Shown here piece by piece: positions 20,536-30,185 of a DNA stretch of 64,000 bases. Positions within the stretch are counted from its first letter, which is position 1, and each line of letters starts with the position of its first letter. The notes beneath the pieces are model-generated. The model was not told the origin of the DNA and did no database searches. It saw only the letters and a program-made list of their open reading frames with translations. Both the position numbers and the translations under genes were made by a program. This DNA is from a virus, in the IMG/VR virus record IMGVR_UViG_3300020202_000063, positions 34,579 to 98,578 of that record. One strand, 5' to 3'.

Positions 20536-21450
20536 TTAGCCATTCCAATTGGAAGGAGGGGTCGCGAACCCCGCTGGGAACCCTCGCGGCAATGCAACTT
20601 TAGGCTGTTTAGCAAAGTCGATGCCAATCTCTTCCAACTGTTCCCGAGAATCATAATAAATATCCATTGTTACCATTGGAGTAGTTGAGGCGCGCTCAAA
20701 TTCGACATTTACAACCTTATGTTGAACTTGCTGGCCCCATGTAGAACCAACCGTGAAATCGGGTGCAGCGCTTGCTGTTGGAATACTGTCTAGTGAAGCA
20801 CTACATCCTCTTGCGCCAGAACGTCTCAAAGGACTCTTAGTTTCTTCGCCCGCGTTATATGAGGTCAACCTTGTGCCGCCAGCTAGATTTGAAGCGTTGC
20901 AACTGTAAGTTGTCGTGGTATAATTCTTATCAACTGAATTAACATTATGTGAATCATAAGTTGTATAACTTGGCCATTCCCAAGTAGGATATGGACGATA
21001 TGGGCGCACTAGCCAACTGTCTGTATAGACCGGATGGTAATGATGTACTGTTGTTACAGGTTGCGGTTTTATCTTTTCGCTGAAAACGGCGAGCGAAATA
21101 ACTCCAACATTTTGGGTGGAACCACTCACTTCCTTCGCATAGGATTTCTTTTTCTTCGTAAATTTGAAAGCGCCGACGCTTTCCAAATCTTTTCTGTAAC
21201 CCTTGATATCAACCGAAGAATATGCTTCGATTATATATCCGCTTCCATTGTAAGAAGCCTCTTTTCCACTTATTACATCCACGCCATCGACGGAAACAAC
21301 CGCCAGCACGCGATAGGAGTTATTATTTCGAATGCGCAGGCTATATTCACTACCAACCTTGGCTTCGATAAATGTCTTTCCGGCATGGCCGAATTGACGA
21401 ACAGGACGTTGATTAACGAGCACGTCTAGCTCGATATTTTGTTTATTCAT
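20536..21450 (-). CDS. Conserved phage hypothetical protein
   Basis: YSLRIRNN..AVVSVDGVDVISG..GVISLAVFSE; start at MNKQNI. Confidence 0.7.
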   Translation of the reverse strand: MNKQNIELDVLVNQRPVRQFGHAGKTFIEAKVGSEYSLRIRNNNSYRVLAVVSVDGVDVISGKEASYNGSGYIIEAYSSVDIKGYRKDLESVGAFKFTKKKKSYAKEVSGSTQNVGVISLAVFSEKIKPQPVTTVHHYHPVYTDSWLVRPYRPYPTWEWPSYTTYDSHNVNSVDKNYTTTTYSCNASNLAGGTRLTSYNAGEETKSPLRRSGARGCSASLDSIPTASAAPDFTVGSTWGQQVQHKVVNVEFERASTTPMVTMDIYYDSREQLEEIGIDFAKQPKVALPRGFPAGFATPPSNWNG

Positions 21451-21551
21451 GTACTTTTGCGCCTCACAATGAGGACTTTTATGAATGACGTAATTATCAT
21501 TCAGAAGAATATTAGCGCAAAGTTGATGCAACGCGCAACACTTTTAAATGG

Positions 21552-21583
21552 AAAAGGGTGCGCTTTTTAAGGCACACCCTTTT
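21552..21583. terminator. Bidirectional-type terminator downstream of Hsp20
   Basis: AAAAGGGTG...CACCCTTTT inverted repeat. Confidence 0.75.
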
Positions 21584-21588
21584 GACCA

Positions 21589-21957
21589 TCATTTCACCCT
21601 GATTTCTATTGCTTTAGGTTTTGTTTTCTCTTTCTTTTTTAGGGTAAGAGTCAACAGACCGTCTTCCAGTTCCGCCTCAATTTTTTCGGCATCAATCTCA
21701 TCCCAGAGAGGTACCGATTTCGTGATTTTATTGCCCTTCTTTTCAGCCTCAACAGAAAGGACGCCTTCAGCGACCGTTACTTTTACATCTTCGCGTTTAA
21801 ACCCCGGTAGCGCAACGGTAAGAATAACATTATCCTTATTTTCATCTACCTTAAACGGAACGGAATAACTGGCAAACAATTGGTCGAACGCAACGTCCAA
21901 CCGAAATGGGTCGTGATAGAATCGACCTAAACTATAATTATATGGAATCAATGTCAT
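21589..21957 (-). CDS. hsp20: Small heat shock protein Hsp20
   Basis: LPGFKREDVKV..GVLSV..IEAELEDGLLTLTL..IEI alpha-crystallin motifs. Confidence 0.9.
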   Translation of the reverse strand: MTLIPYNYSLGRFYHDPFRLDVAFDQLFASYSVPFKVDENKDNVILTVALPGFKREDVKVTVAEGVLSVEAEKKGNKITKSVPLWDEIDAEKIEAELEDGLLTLTLKKKEKTKPKAIEIRVK

Positions 21958-21983
21958 AACCTTTTCCTTTCGTATGACATATA

Positions 21984-21998
21984 GCTATCTTGATGCCA
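21984..21998 (-). promoter_or_regulatory. sigma54-type (-24/-12) promoter of hsp20
   Basis: TGGCATCAAGATAGC = GG-N10-GC; IHF-like AAACAACAACTTA at 22027-22039. Confidence 0.55.
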
Positions 21999-22144
21999 AG
22001 CTAGCGCACTTATACAACTCAATACAAAACAACAACTTACATATGTATGCAAGCGGGGAGTGTGTCATAACTGCGTCAAAATGTCCCAATGATTTATTTC
22101 ACTTGACCCATCTGCAAAGTTAGTATTTTCTACTAGACGTACAT

Positions 22145-22870
22145 ATGGCAACTCCCCTTCTTTTACTCCCACATCATTATGGGCCGGACACGCAGGATGT
22201 TTGGCGAGAAGCATTAAGGAGGAAATGGCGCATCGAAAGAATTGGTTCCGCCAAGATTGACATTGAGCCGAAGTGTTTGGGGCACAGTCCGATAAAGTAT
22301 TATGGGAATATTTTACATCAGGAGCAGTGCGGCGGCGCACTACCTATCAAATTTTTGCCAATTGATATTACTAATCTTCCTCGGTTAAGAGAGTTTACGG
22401 GACGTTACATAGAACTGTTGCGGGCGCGCGACATTCCCCAGCCTATCCGCGAGACCTTGGTTTTTCTGAAATGTCCGGGAGTGAAGTGGATTGAGAGTCG
22501 AATTTACAAACAGGGAGAATATTTTGATTGCAAGCCCGATGACTTTATTTATCGGCAGGAACCAATCGAAATTATAGATGAGATAAGGTGCTTTGTAGTT
22601 GATGGGGTAATACAAGCCGCGAGTTGGTATCGCATTAATAAAGAATTCATACCCGAAGAATTGATTGATATCGGAATATTTAAACATTTACAAAGTCTTA
22701 CTACTGGTATTTGGGCGGCGGCTAAATGGCCCCGAGGTATTGTATTTGACTTTGGCCGTTTGAGGAACGGGCGCTGGATATTCATCGAATGTAATGAGAG
22801 TTGGGCGTCTGGTTTGTACGGTTGTAATCCTTCGGGGGTTTTTGAAAGTATAATCGCTAGCCAAGAATAA
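22145..22870 (+). CDS. ATP-grasp domain protein (DUF4343/R2K-like)
   Basis: EIRCFVVDG, FDFGRL..W.FIECN..WASGLYG. Confidence 0.75.
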   Translation: MATPLLLLPHHYGPDTQDVWREALRRKWRIERIGSAKIDIEPKCLGHSPIKYYGNILHQEQCGGALPIKFLPIDITNLPRLREFTGRYIELLRARDIPQPIRETLVFLKCPGVKWIESRIYKQGEYFDCKPDDFIYRQEPIEIIDEIRCFVVDGVIQAASWYRINKEFIPEELIDIGIFKHLQSLTTGIWAAAKWPRGIVFDFGRLRNGRWIFIECNESWASGLYGCNPSGVFESIIASQE

Positions 22871-22871
22871 T

Positions 22872-23117
22872 ATGACTGAACGAGAATTAAAATTTGTGCG
22901 TTGTAAATGGGATGTTAAAGAACAAGAGTCGCGCGTGAAGGAAGCCAAGGCCGCGCTTGACCAAGGATATAAGAAACTTCAGGCTGAGATGGAGCAGGAA
23001 TATTCCAAACTCAAGTGTGAGTATGAGCGAGAATTGATTAAGTTGGAGAAGGAAAAGGCATATCTTAAAGCCGCCGAAGAGGATATGGAAGCAGGATATA
23101 GCAAGAGCGACTCATGA
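22872..23117 (+). CDS. Hypothetical coiled-coil protein
   Basis: 81 aa ORF. Confidence 0.55.
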   Translation: MTERELKFVRCKWDVKEQESRVKEAKAALDQGYKKLQAEMEQEYSKLKCEYERELIKLEKEKAYLKAAEEDMEAGYSKSDS

Positions 23118-23215
23118 ACACAGATAGAAACGAAGAGATGAATGATTTTATCGACGCTTTGATAGGCGGGCTTGTCATTTGCGGACTTATTCTGCTTTTA
23201 CTTCCGTGATGGTTT

Positions 23216-23716
23216 ATGGCTTCTGAAACACCAAAATATTCAACTAAAATATGTTTGACACCAAACTGCGGCAAACGTTTATGTGCACGTGGGTTTTGTG
23301 TCTCTTGTTATTATAAAAGTTTAAGACGCGGTTCGGTTATTGCTCGTTCCGCTACGAAACGATGGAAACATAGACTAAAAGATATAAATATTGAAAAGAA
23401 GAATGCCATTTGTTTGGTTTGTGGTCCCGTCAAAATAAATTCACGTGGTAATGGTCAATGGCGCTGTGCAATTGATACCAACGAACGCTCTAAACTTTAC
23501 AAACGAGCCTATCGAGAAGAAAAGAGACGATTATTATTAACTTATTGTGAAATTTGTGGATGTAAAGACGTAAAACTTTGCTATGACCACTCACATACAA
23601 CTGGTAAATTTCGTGGAACTCTGTGTGGGAAATGTAATTCTGCCATAGGGCTGTTTGGAGATAATGAAAAAGTGATAGAAAGTGCTAGGCGTTATATATG
23701 TGAAAGGGGAAAATGA
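23216..23716 (+). CDS. Endonuclease VII-family protein
   Basis: CEICG..CYDHSH..FRGTLCGKCNSAIG; N-terminal ARGFCxxCY zinc finger. Confidence 0.85.
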   Translation: MASETPKYSTKICLTPNCGKRLCARGFCVSCYYKSLRRGSVIARSATKRWKHRLKDINIEKKNAICLVCGPVKINSRGNGQWRCAIDTNERSKLYKRAYREEKRRLLLTYCEICGCKDVKLCYDHSHTTGKFRGTLCGKCNSAIGLFGDNEKVIESARRYICERGK

Positions 23717-23981
23717 TTGTTCATTGTAAAAAACTAACTTATGATATATATATTGGTAGAAAATGCTATGGATTACCACAATCAAAATGGGGCAACCCGT
23801 TTGTCATTGGGAAAGATGGCACGCGGGAGGAAGTTATAAAAAATATCGAGAGTGGATAAAGACCCAGCCGCAATTACTTGCTGATATTGAGGAACTTAGT
23901 GGTAAGGTATTGGGATGTTGGTGCGCGCCCAATCCATGTCACGGACAAGTGCTGCTTGACATACTTAACAACAAGATATGA
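23713..23981 (+). pseudogene. DUF4326-family gene split by 1-bp frameshift (likely assembly error)
   Basis: MIVHCK..YIGR..SKWGNPF..GTREEVI in one frame, YREW..GKVLGCWCAP..CHG in the other; break at A6 23838-23843. Confidence 0.75.
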
Positions 23982-23990
23982 AATCGCGGC

Positions 23991-24350
23991 ATGAGACCAA
24001 TAAGATTCAGAGTTTGGAATAAGAAGACGAAAAGTTGGGTGCATGGACCCGGCGACGAATGCAATCTCTTTGGGGAGACAATTTTACTCGGCGGCTTTAT
24101 GCGCGTTCCATTGGAAGAATTAAATGATTGCGTGGCATTACAATATACCGGATTGAAAGACAAGAATGGTAAAGAAATATACGAGGGCCACATTCTAAAA
24201 GATAAATGGGATAAAGTTGGAACAATTGTTTGGGACCATGCCGGTTTTCGCTGGCATAGTAACGCGGTGTTAAATTATATGCCCCTATCAAATAACTGGG
24301 GCGAAGATAAGGAAATTATTGGACATGATTTTGAGAGGAAATACGATTAA
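23991..24350 (+). CDS. YopX-family protein
   Basis: [26 protein letters not shown]. Confidence 0.9.
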   Translation: MRPIRFRVWNKKTKSWVHGPGDECNLFGETILLGGFMRVPLEELNDCVALQYTGLKDKNGKEIYEGHILKDKWDKVGTIVWDHAGFRWHSNAVLNYMPLSNNWGEDKEIIGHDFERKYD

Positions 24351-24670
24351 TGCCCCCACTCCCATCTGATATTAAATTGCGCGCGGCTGTAGATTTGAAA
24401 CGCCGTTCTGACGAATGGCTGGGTTTCAAGCATGTCACGGCGATTACAAAGGAAGATGTGAAATTTGGTCGCGGCGCTGTATTACATATGTCGGCGCGCG
24501 ACTGGTGGGCGGAGGCGAACGGTCAGCAGAAGTCAGAAAAAGTGACTTCGGGCGTGAAGGTCATGTGGATTGGGAAATATAAGGGGAAAACTGCCGAGTG
24601 GATTGAGGAAAATGATTACGGCTATCACAAATGGGCTTTAGAAAATATAAAAGGATACGATAAATTATGA
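24350..24670 (+). CDS. Hypothetical protein
   Basis: C-terminal M.IGKYKGK..Y..W motif. Confidence 0.6.
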   Translation: MPPLPSDIKLRAAVDLKRRSDEWLGFKHVTAITKEDVKFGRGAVLHMSARDWWAEANGQQKSEKVTSGVKVMWIGKYKGKTAEWIEENDYGYHKWALENIKGYDKL

Positions 24671-24767
24671 GTAATTTGATTTCTACAACGACTGATGAGA
24701 TAGCATTTAAGTTGGGTAAATTTGACATGCTCGCCTTCTATTTCAAATATTTAAGAGGGAAGTAATT

Positions 24768-25016
24768 ATGAATTATAAGTTGAAAATTAAGGTGGCGCTG
24801 GAAACCGACGATGGTATTGTGGCACCAATCATTCCGGGTGGTATTCCAACTAAAAATGTAAAACTAGATGAGGTTCCATTTTTAAATATTCATGCCGACA
24901 CAAAAGAGATGTTATATGTAAAGGCGGCTATTAATATCGCCACGACAATCCTACACGATAAAATAATGGATGGTGATTTTGGGGAGCAAATACTTAAATT
25001 AATGAATTCGAAATGA
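24768..25016 (+). CDS. Hypothetical protein
   Basis: 82 aa ORF. Confidence 0.55.
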   Translation: MNYKLKIKVALETDDGIVAPIIPGGIPTKNVKLDEVPFLNIHADTKEMLYVKAAINIATTILHDKIMDGDFGEQILKLMNSK

Positions 25017-25207
25017 AAAATACAAGAATACAAGAGGCGCAGGCCGCAAAAAAAGAATTGGTCACGAATATTTTATCACTCATTCAGGATTATGAACTGG
25101 AGTTCGGAGTGGTAGTTAATAAAATTATCTGGGAGGAAACGGGTCGAATACAAGCTGGGGGCGAGATTATTGTAAAGCGCGATTTCGATATAGAGGTTAT
25201 TATCTAA
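25013..25207 (+). CDS. Hypothetical protein
   Basis: ATGA-coupled ORF. Confidence 0.55.
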   Translation: MKNTRIQEAQAAKKELVTNILSLIQDYELEFGVVVNKIIWEETGRIQAGGEIIVKRDFDIEVII

Positions 25208-25533
25208 TGAGCGCCCAAGTCATAGGTTTCGTTCCCAAAGACCATGATATTCTTTTTCTCACAAAAGATAGAAACGACGTTTGGAATTATAATGCCCGAT
25301 TTTTAAAAAGCGAAGATTTGGATAATACGCTCTGTGGAGTGCGCGGAAATGTAATTATTGCGCTGGCGCCCCAAAATGAGGAATTTGTTCAACATATTCT
25401 ACTTCCATTTATTGTGGCTGGAATGGAATCGAGAAAGAATCCTATAACCGGAGAGCGAGAATTTATTAAAGACGAAAGTAAAGTTTGGCGAAATGATTTT
25501 GGTCGAGGTATAGAACCCGAATATTACATATGA
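25207..25533 (+). CDS. Hypothetical protein
   Basis: TAATG-coupled ORF. Confidence 0.55.
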   Translation: MSAQVIGFVPKDHDILFLTKDRNDVWNYNARFLKSEDLDNTLCGVRGNVIIALAPQNEEFVQHILLPFIVAGMESRKNPITGEREFIKDESKVWRNDFGRGIEPEYYI

Positions 25534-26135
25534 GGGTGCTTGTAGCCTGTGAATTTAGTGGGAGAGTAAGGGATGAATTTATAAAGCGCGGGCATGATGC
25601 TTGGTCATGTGATATAATACCTTCGGAAAATGGCGGGCCGCATATTCAGGATGACGTGCTAAAACATTTGGATGAGGGCTGGGACATGCTAATTGGCTTT
25701 CCCCCATGTACTTATCTATGTTCCTCGGGCTTGCATTGGAACAAGAGAAGACCGGAGCGCGCCAAATTGACAGAAGAAGCGGTAGAATTCTTTTTGCGGC
25801 TATGGCATGGCCCAATTGACAAGATTGCGATTGAGAATCCAGTTGGGTGCATGTCAACGCGGCTGAGAAAGCCAGATTGCATTTTGCAACCTTGGCAATT
25901 TGGACATCCCGAATCCAAAGCTACCTGTCTCTGGTTGAAGAATTTGCCGCTTTTAAAACCAACCAACATATTAAAGCCGCAAAATTTCACGAATAAGGGG
26001 ACGCCTAGATGGGATAACCAAACACCTTCTGGACAAAATAAACTCGGCCCCTCTGATAAACGCGCTATGGAACGTTCCAAAACCTATATGGGAATTGCCC
26101 AAGCCATGGGGGAGCAATGGTCAGTAATTCAGTAA
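25530..26135 (+). CDS. Short phage DNA cytosine methyltransferase-like protein
   Basis: VLVACEFSG, SCDI, FPPCTYL (motif IV), IENPVG (motif VI). Confidence 0.75.
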   Translation: MRVLVACEFSGRVRDEFIKRGHDAWSCDIIPSENGGPHIQDDVLKHLDEGWDMLIGFPPCTYLCSSGLHWNKRRPERAKLTEEAVEFFLRLWHGPIDKIAIENPVGCMSTRLRKPDCILQPWQFGHPESKATCLWLKNLPLLKPTNILKPQNFTNKGTPRWDNQTPSGQNKLGPSDKRAMERSKTYMGIAQAMGEQWSVIQ

Positions 26136-26745
26136 AAAACCTATTGGTAAAATAGACCCCGCTATAAATTCGAAAACGCCAGAACGGATTTTTAAAGATT
26201 TTTTGAAAACTTTTTGAAGGGGGTAGGGGGGGGCTGGTGAGTATAATTGAATGGGGAAACCCTAATAGGAAACATAACCCGCCTATAAATCAGAAAACGA
26301 TTAAAAAGTAATCCTATTATTTTTCGTAGAGGTGTAGGGATAGTACCCCCCCGGTCGGCCCAATCGCAAGTCATTTGCAAAAATCCATAAATGGGGTACG
26401 GGGTTCTTTTACATATGTTTTACATAGGGTTGGCATAACGTATGCCCGACAAATATCATGCCAATGCAATCTGACCTTATGCAATTAGGTAATCCACCCT
26501 ATGTGACCCATGATATTGCATAACACGTGCAAATCGTTTCCTAATGTCATTGCGTGCGTTTAAAGGCGATTCGTTTCTGGCCTATAGCAAGGTAGTGGGT
26601 TTTCTATTGCGTTGCGTAACCTCTTGGGGCCTGGGAACTTACGAAAGCATAGGGTGTTTGCCTTTCGTGCGTTTAAACCCAAGCAAACGGGGTCGTTTTT
26701 GCCTATGTTTGGCGATTGCATACGGGGTCGGAATGCGCACAAATG
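26136..26745. other. Non-coding strand-convergence zone; candidate genome terminus/packaging site
   Basis: No credible ORF; GGGGGTAGGGGGGG and TACCCCCCCGG runs; copies of the 16-bp palindrome. Confidence 0.45.
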
Positions 26746-26746
26746 G

Positions 26747-26774
26747 AAAAGGCGCACCCGATGAAAGGTGCGCC
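26747..26774 (-). terminator. Rho-independent terminator (copy 1)
   Basis: GGCGCACC-TTTCATCG-GGTGCGCC-TTTT on minus strand. Confidence 0.75.
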
Positions 26775-26799
26775 CCATGTGTTAACCCTTGGTTTCGCT

Positions 26800-26943
26800 C
26801 TAGGGGAAAGCCTTTGCCCAAAATTCGCGCGCCGATTTGTGGAATGCCTTTGCTTCGTCTGCGGACTGTGCACCAATGAGAGCGAACAAAGCTTGCGACA
26901 TTGCCGCATTAGCGAACGCGTCTTGCGTGACTTGGTTTTTCAT
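26800..26943 (-). CDS. 47-aa hypothetical protein (not in ORF track)
   Basis: MKNQVTQDAFANAAMSQALFALIGAQSADEAKAFHKSAREFWAKAFP fills the gap before the terminator. Confidence 0.55.
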   Translation of the reverse strand: MKNQVTQDAFANAAMSQALFALIGAQSADEAKAFHKSAREFWAKAFP

Positions 26944-26962
26944 AGGTGGGAACGTTTGAGGG

Positions 26963-27460
26963 TTAACGAACGCGTTGCAACGTTTGCGCGCGCAACGTAT
27001 AGCAAGTCACGTCCGAAGTTTCCGAAAACTCACTGGCCAGACAAAGCGCTTGCGCGCGTTCGCGCGTGATGCGTTGGCCGTTTTCACGGTACACTACCTT
27101 ACAACGCCTTGGCGACCCATCGGAGCGCAAAACGGGGTAAAGGCGAACGTAAAATCCGCCATTATGGGAAATGACATAAGGGAAGACTTCCCACTGACCC
27201 CATGGCAGACCTGCGTTTGCGCTTGGCAACTCGCCGGACGCTCGCGCGGTTTGAACGCTCGCGCGATTGTCGTATGCCAGACCTACGCGGACAGTGGTCC
27301 TAACTTCCTTGGTGACGATTGCATCGATACCCTTGCGGGTTTTCATGGGGCGAACCCATAGAACGGAAACGAAATGGCCAGCGCGAGCGAAGACCTTGCG
27401 GAGTAGTGGAAACATTCCGCAAAGCGCTTCTGTTTTTCCGGTGGTGTCGGGTGTGTTCAT
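26963..27460 (-). CDS. Conserved phage hypothetical protein
   Basis: LPWGQW..FPYVISH.G.FYVRLYP. Confidence 0.65.
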   Translation of the reverse strand: MNTPDTTGKTEALCGMFPLLRKVFARAGHFVSVLWVRPMKTRKGIDAIVTKEVRTTVRVGLAYDNRASVQTARASGELPSANAGLPWGQWEVFPYVISHNGGFYVRLYPVLRSDGSPRRCKVVYRENGQRITRERAQALCLASEFSETSDVTCYTLRAQTLQRVR

Positions 27461-27663
27461 CGATTCGCCTTTCTGTAGGTAACGGTAACAAAGTAGACGG
27501 TCTGGCCGTTTACAAGGTCAGAGGTGATGCGGTAACGCGTGCGCGACATTTCATCGATTGCGGCGAGGTTTTCGTCATAACGCGCACCACAGCCGAGAAC
27601 GAAAGCATACGCGAGCAACGCGAACGTTGCGACGATTAGAGCGAATCCAACAGGGTTTTTCAT
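27457..27663 (-). CDS. Small membrane/lipoprotein-like protein
   Basis: N-terminal hydrophobic helix ending VLGC. Confidence 0.55.
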   Translation of the reverse strand: MKNPVGFALIVATFALLAYAFVLGCGARYDENLAAIDEMSRTRYRITSDLVNGQTVYFVTVTYRKANR

Positions 27664-27767
27664 TGGTTTTTTTTGTTATGGGTTACGCTAACGAGCGCCA
27701 ATGTCATTGCATACGGCACAAAAGGCAATTTGTTTTTGTGCGGAAACTACGTAGTTGCGACAAATAC

Positions 27768-27795
27768 AAAAGGCGCGCCCGATGAAAGGCGCGCC
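27768..27795 (-). terminator. Rho-independent terminator (copy 2)
   Basis: GGCGCGCC-TTTCATCG-GGCGCGCC-TTTT, same loop as copy 1. Confidence 0.75.
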
Positions 27796-27812
27796 CGATT
27801 GCATAAGGCGGT

Positions 27813-29012
27813 TTACTTTGTGGCGTTCGCCTTTGCCGCCTTTTCTTTTTCCACGCGTTCCGCGTCTGCCAACAGTTTTTGGCCATCACAAATCAACTTT
27901 GCGCGTTTCTTTTCGTCTTGTAGGACAGCGAACGCGAAAGCTTTCATTGCGGCGCCGTTTCCGAATTCGGAAGACGCGATTTGCTTAAACGTATCTTCGC
28001 CGCCGGATGATTCGTGCGAATAGTAATCTGTGACAGCCGAGAACACATCCGCAAGGTTTTGTCCGACGTTACCCTTGCCGGTTTGAAACAGCTCGACAAG
28101 ACGCGCGATTTGATTTGCGCGACGTGCCGAGATTATCGCGCGTTCGCTGTCATTTGCCGCTGATTCTTCCTCGTTAGCGTCTTTCGCTGATAGGAAACCG
28201 GTGAAGAAAGCGCGCGCATCGTTTTCTGATATCGCAATCGCCGCAAAGGTTTGCATTGTCGCGACAAATTTTTCGGCGGTAACAAACGCGGCAGCAACGA
28301 TTTCCGGGACATCCGCAAGTGCCGTTTCCATGTTTTTGGTGTGCGCGATACTAATCCGCAAGCGCTTGTCGTTACGGTCCAATAGATTGCAATTAAACGT
28401 GTTATTGCATACAGTGCAAACCGTGGACAAAACAACAGTAAACGGCGCCGACTTGTCATGTGACGAAAGGAAATTCAAATAGAATTGAAACTCCCGATTC
28501 GCCGCATTAAGGGTTAATGTCATCGCCCCATTAACGACGGACAATGCATTGTCGGCAAACGTCTGCGGATTCAACTCGCGCGGAATGGAAAGCGCAACAG
28601 CGATACGTGCACGGTCGCAACAGGACAGAACCGAAGCCACAAACGCGCCGGGAAGCTTTGCGGCGGTGTCTGCGATAATCTTCAGGAATTTCGCGTTCGT
28701 GAGAACCGTATACGTCTGACAGTGGACCGGTTTGCCGATAATAATCTCCGGATTATCCGTGCACGTGAGTTCGCACGTTTCCGTTTCCACGAATTGCTCG
28801 TTCGTGTCCGGAATTTTGATGCCGACGATGGACATCAAAACCGGAATGCGCCGATACAGAACCCGCTTGACGATATCCCACGTCGAAAGAAAGCATGCGG
28901 CCAGAACCGTGGCGACCGGCAAATCTTTCCATTCCGGATGCACTTCCGTTTTGTTATGCCACGCCTGTTCAATGCCTTGGTGTTTGTCGAACTTGCCGAT
29001 TTCGTGACTCAT
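27813..29012 (-). CDS. DUF932-family (phage/plasmid TIGR03299-like) protein
   Basis: MSHEI..AWH N-terminus, SHD.S, VCNNT, HT, VFSAVTDYYSH; AGGAG RBS. Confidence 0.8.
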   Translation of the reverse strand: MSHEIGKFDKHQGIEQAWHNKTEVHPEWKDLPVATVLAACFLSTWDIVKRVLYRRIPVLMSIVGIKIPDTNEQFVETETCELTCTDNPEIIIGKPVHCQTYTVLTNAKFLKIIADTAAKLPGAFVASVLSCCDRARIAVALSIPRELNPQTFADNALSVVNGAMTLTLNAANREFQFYLNFLSSHDKSAPFTVVLSTVCTVCNNTFNCNLLDRNDKRLRISIAHTKNMETALADVPEIVAAAFVTAEKFVATMQTFAAIAISENDARAFFTGFLSAKDANEEESAANDSERAIISARRANQIARLVELFQTGKGNVGQNLADVFSAVTDYYSHESSGGEDTFKQIASSEFGNGAAMKAFAFAVLQDEKKRAKLICDGQKLLADAERVEKEKAAKANATK

Positions 29013-29508
29013 GATATTTGTCTCCTAACTGTTTTTTTTGGGTTTCTGCGGCAATGCGCCGCATTGGTGCCGATAAAAGAGATTGGTTTTTGTTTGTCGA
29101 GATTTTTTCTCGGATTTTTTGTGCGGAGATTGCGTAGGCAATCGTGCGGCCATTACGTAGTGACAATATGTCACACCTGCTGTGGCCAGTCCGTTTGCTA
29201 TTGCACAGCATTTGATTTGCATTGCGCAAGCGCTTGGGCGCCAGGAGTTTGCCAGGCATTTGCAATTGCGCCGCGCGCGTCGCGCTGGCTGGTGGCTGGC
29301 GTTTGCTATTTTATTTTCATTTCATTTAAAAAAAAAAAAAAACAGTTTTTGATTTGGCGAAATAAAAAAAACAAAAAAAGAGCGCGACCCGTGCCGCGCC
29401 CTTTGCCATGAGTCAAAATAAAAAAACTAAACAAAAAATTCTTCCTTTACAATGCCGCGCAGAAAAAAAACCAAGGAAATGATGGATTTCGCTGGCATAA
29501 AAAAAGAA

Positions 29509-29952
29509 TTAGAAATCAATTCGGTTTGAAATCTGCGCGCTCGACATTTGTGGGATTTGCACTTGGCCCAAATAGCGCCGAATCCAATTTTCGAAATGCG
29601 TATGCATGGCCGCAAGCATGTTCGAAAGTTGAGCGGTCGAATAACCGCCGAAATGCGCGCGCCGTTCGCCCCATGTGCTATCAGTCACGAAATCCGAAAA
29701 AATGTACCAAGCACGGTCATCGGGATTAGCGCGACCGTCATTCCAGACGTTGCCAATGCAACCGAAAGTAAGGTGATTAATGGAATAGCGCCGCGCGTAA
29801 AGTTCCATCAATTCGCGAATGGCCCTTTGTGGGTTTTGCGCATCGGAATAGCGCGACATTTCCTGATTCAAAGGCGCGAACGGAAGGTTCCCAAAGCGCC
29901 GCATCGACTCGTGACGTTCTGCCTCAATCTCTTCGTTGGATAGGTTACTCAT
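29509..29952 (-). CDS. Hypothetical early protein
   Basis: Preceded by palindrome-linked promoter. Confidence 0.65.
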   Translation of the reverse strand: MSNLSNEEIEAERHESMRRFGNLPFAPLNQEMSRYSDAQNPQRAIRELMELYARRYSINHLTFGCIGNVWNDGRANPDDRAWYIFSDFVTDSTWGERRAHFGGYSTAQLSNMLAAMHTHFENWIRRYLGQVQIPQMSSAQISNRIDF

Positions 29953-30009
29953 GGGAACCCCACTATATCACATAATAATCGGAATACAATGGGGTATTTC
30001 CCTCAATTG

Positions 30010-30165
30010 TTATGGTTTGTAATCCAATATGCTGCACGAGCCACCGTGACGCTTTACCGAATCGTAACGCGCGAATGCTTCCGTCAACGAATTTGTGTAT
30101 TCGGTTCCTGATATCATCATGCCGCGCTGATGCCGATAGGAATAATGCACGACGTATTTGAACAT
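30010..30165 (-). CDS. Small hypothetical protein
   Basis: Start at MFKYVVH. Confidence 0.5.
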   Translation of the reverse strand: MFKYVVHYSYRHQRGMMISGTEYTNSLTEAFARYDSVKRHGGSCSILDYKP

Positions 30166-30185
30166 GGTAAAAAAAGGATTAGTTT

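Noticed and set aside
23838-23843. Programmed -1 frameshift (A AAA AAT) in the DUF4326 gene
   Set aside because: Similar single-base homopolymer breaks occur at ~45055, ~58683 and possibly ~31355, pointing to assembly indels; read pile-ups would settle it
26759-26768. Hammerhead-like CGATGAAA loops (also 27780)
   Set aside because: Lack the CTGANGA core and three-stem geometry; they fit simple terminators
29160-29176. CRP site
   Set aside because: TGTGA to TCAC spacing is 7, not 6
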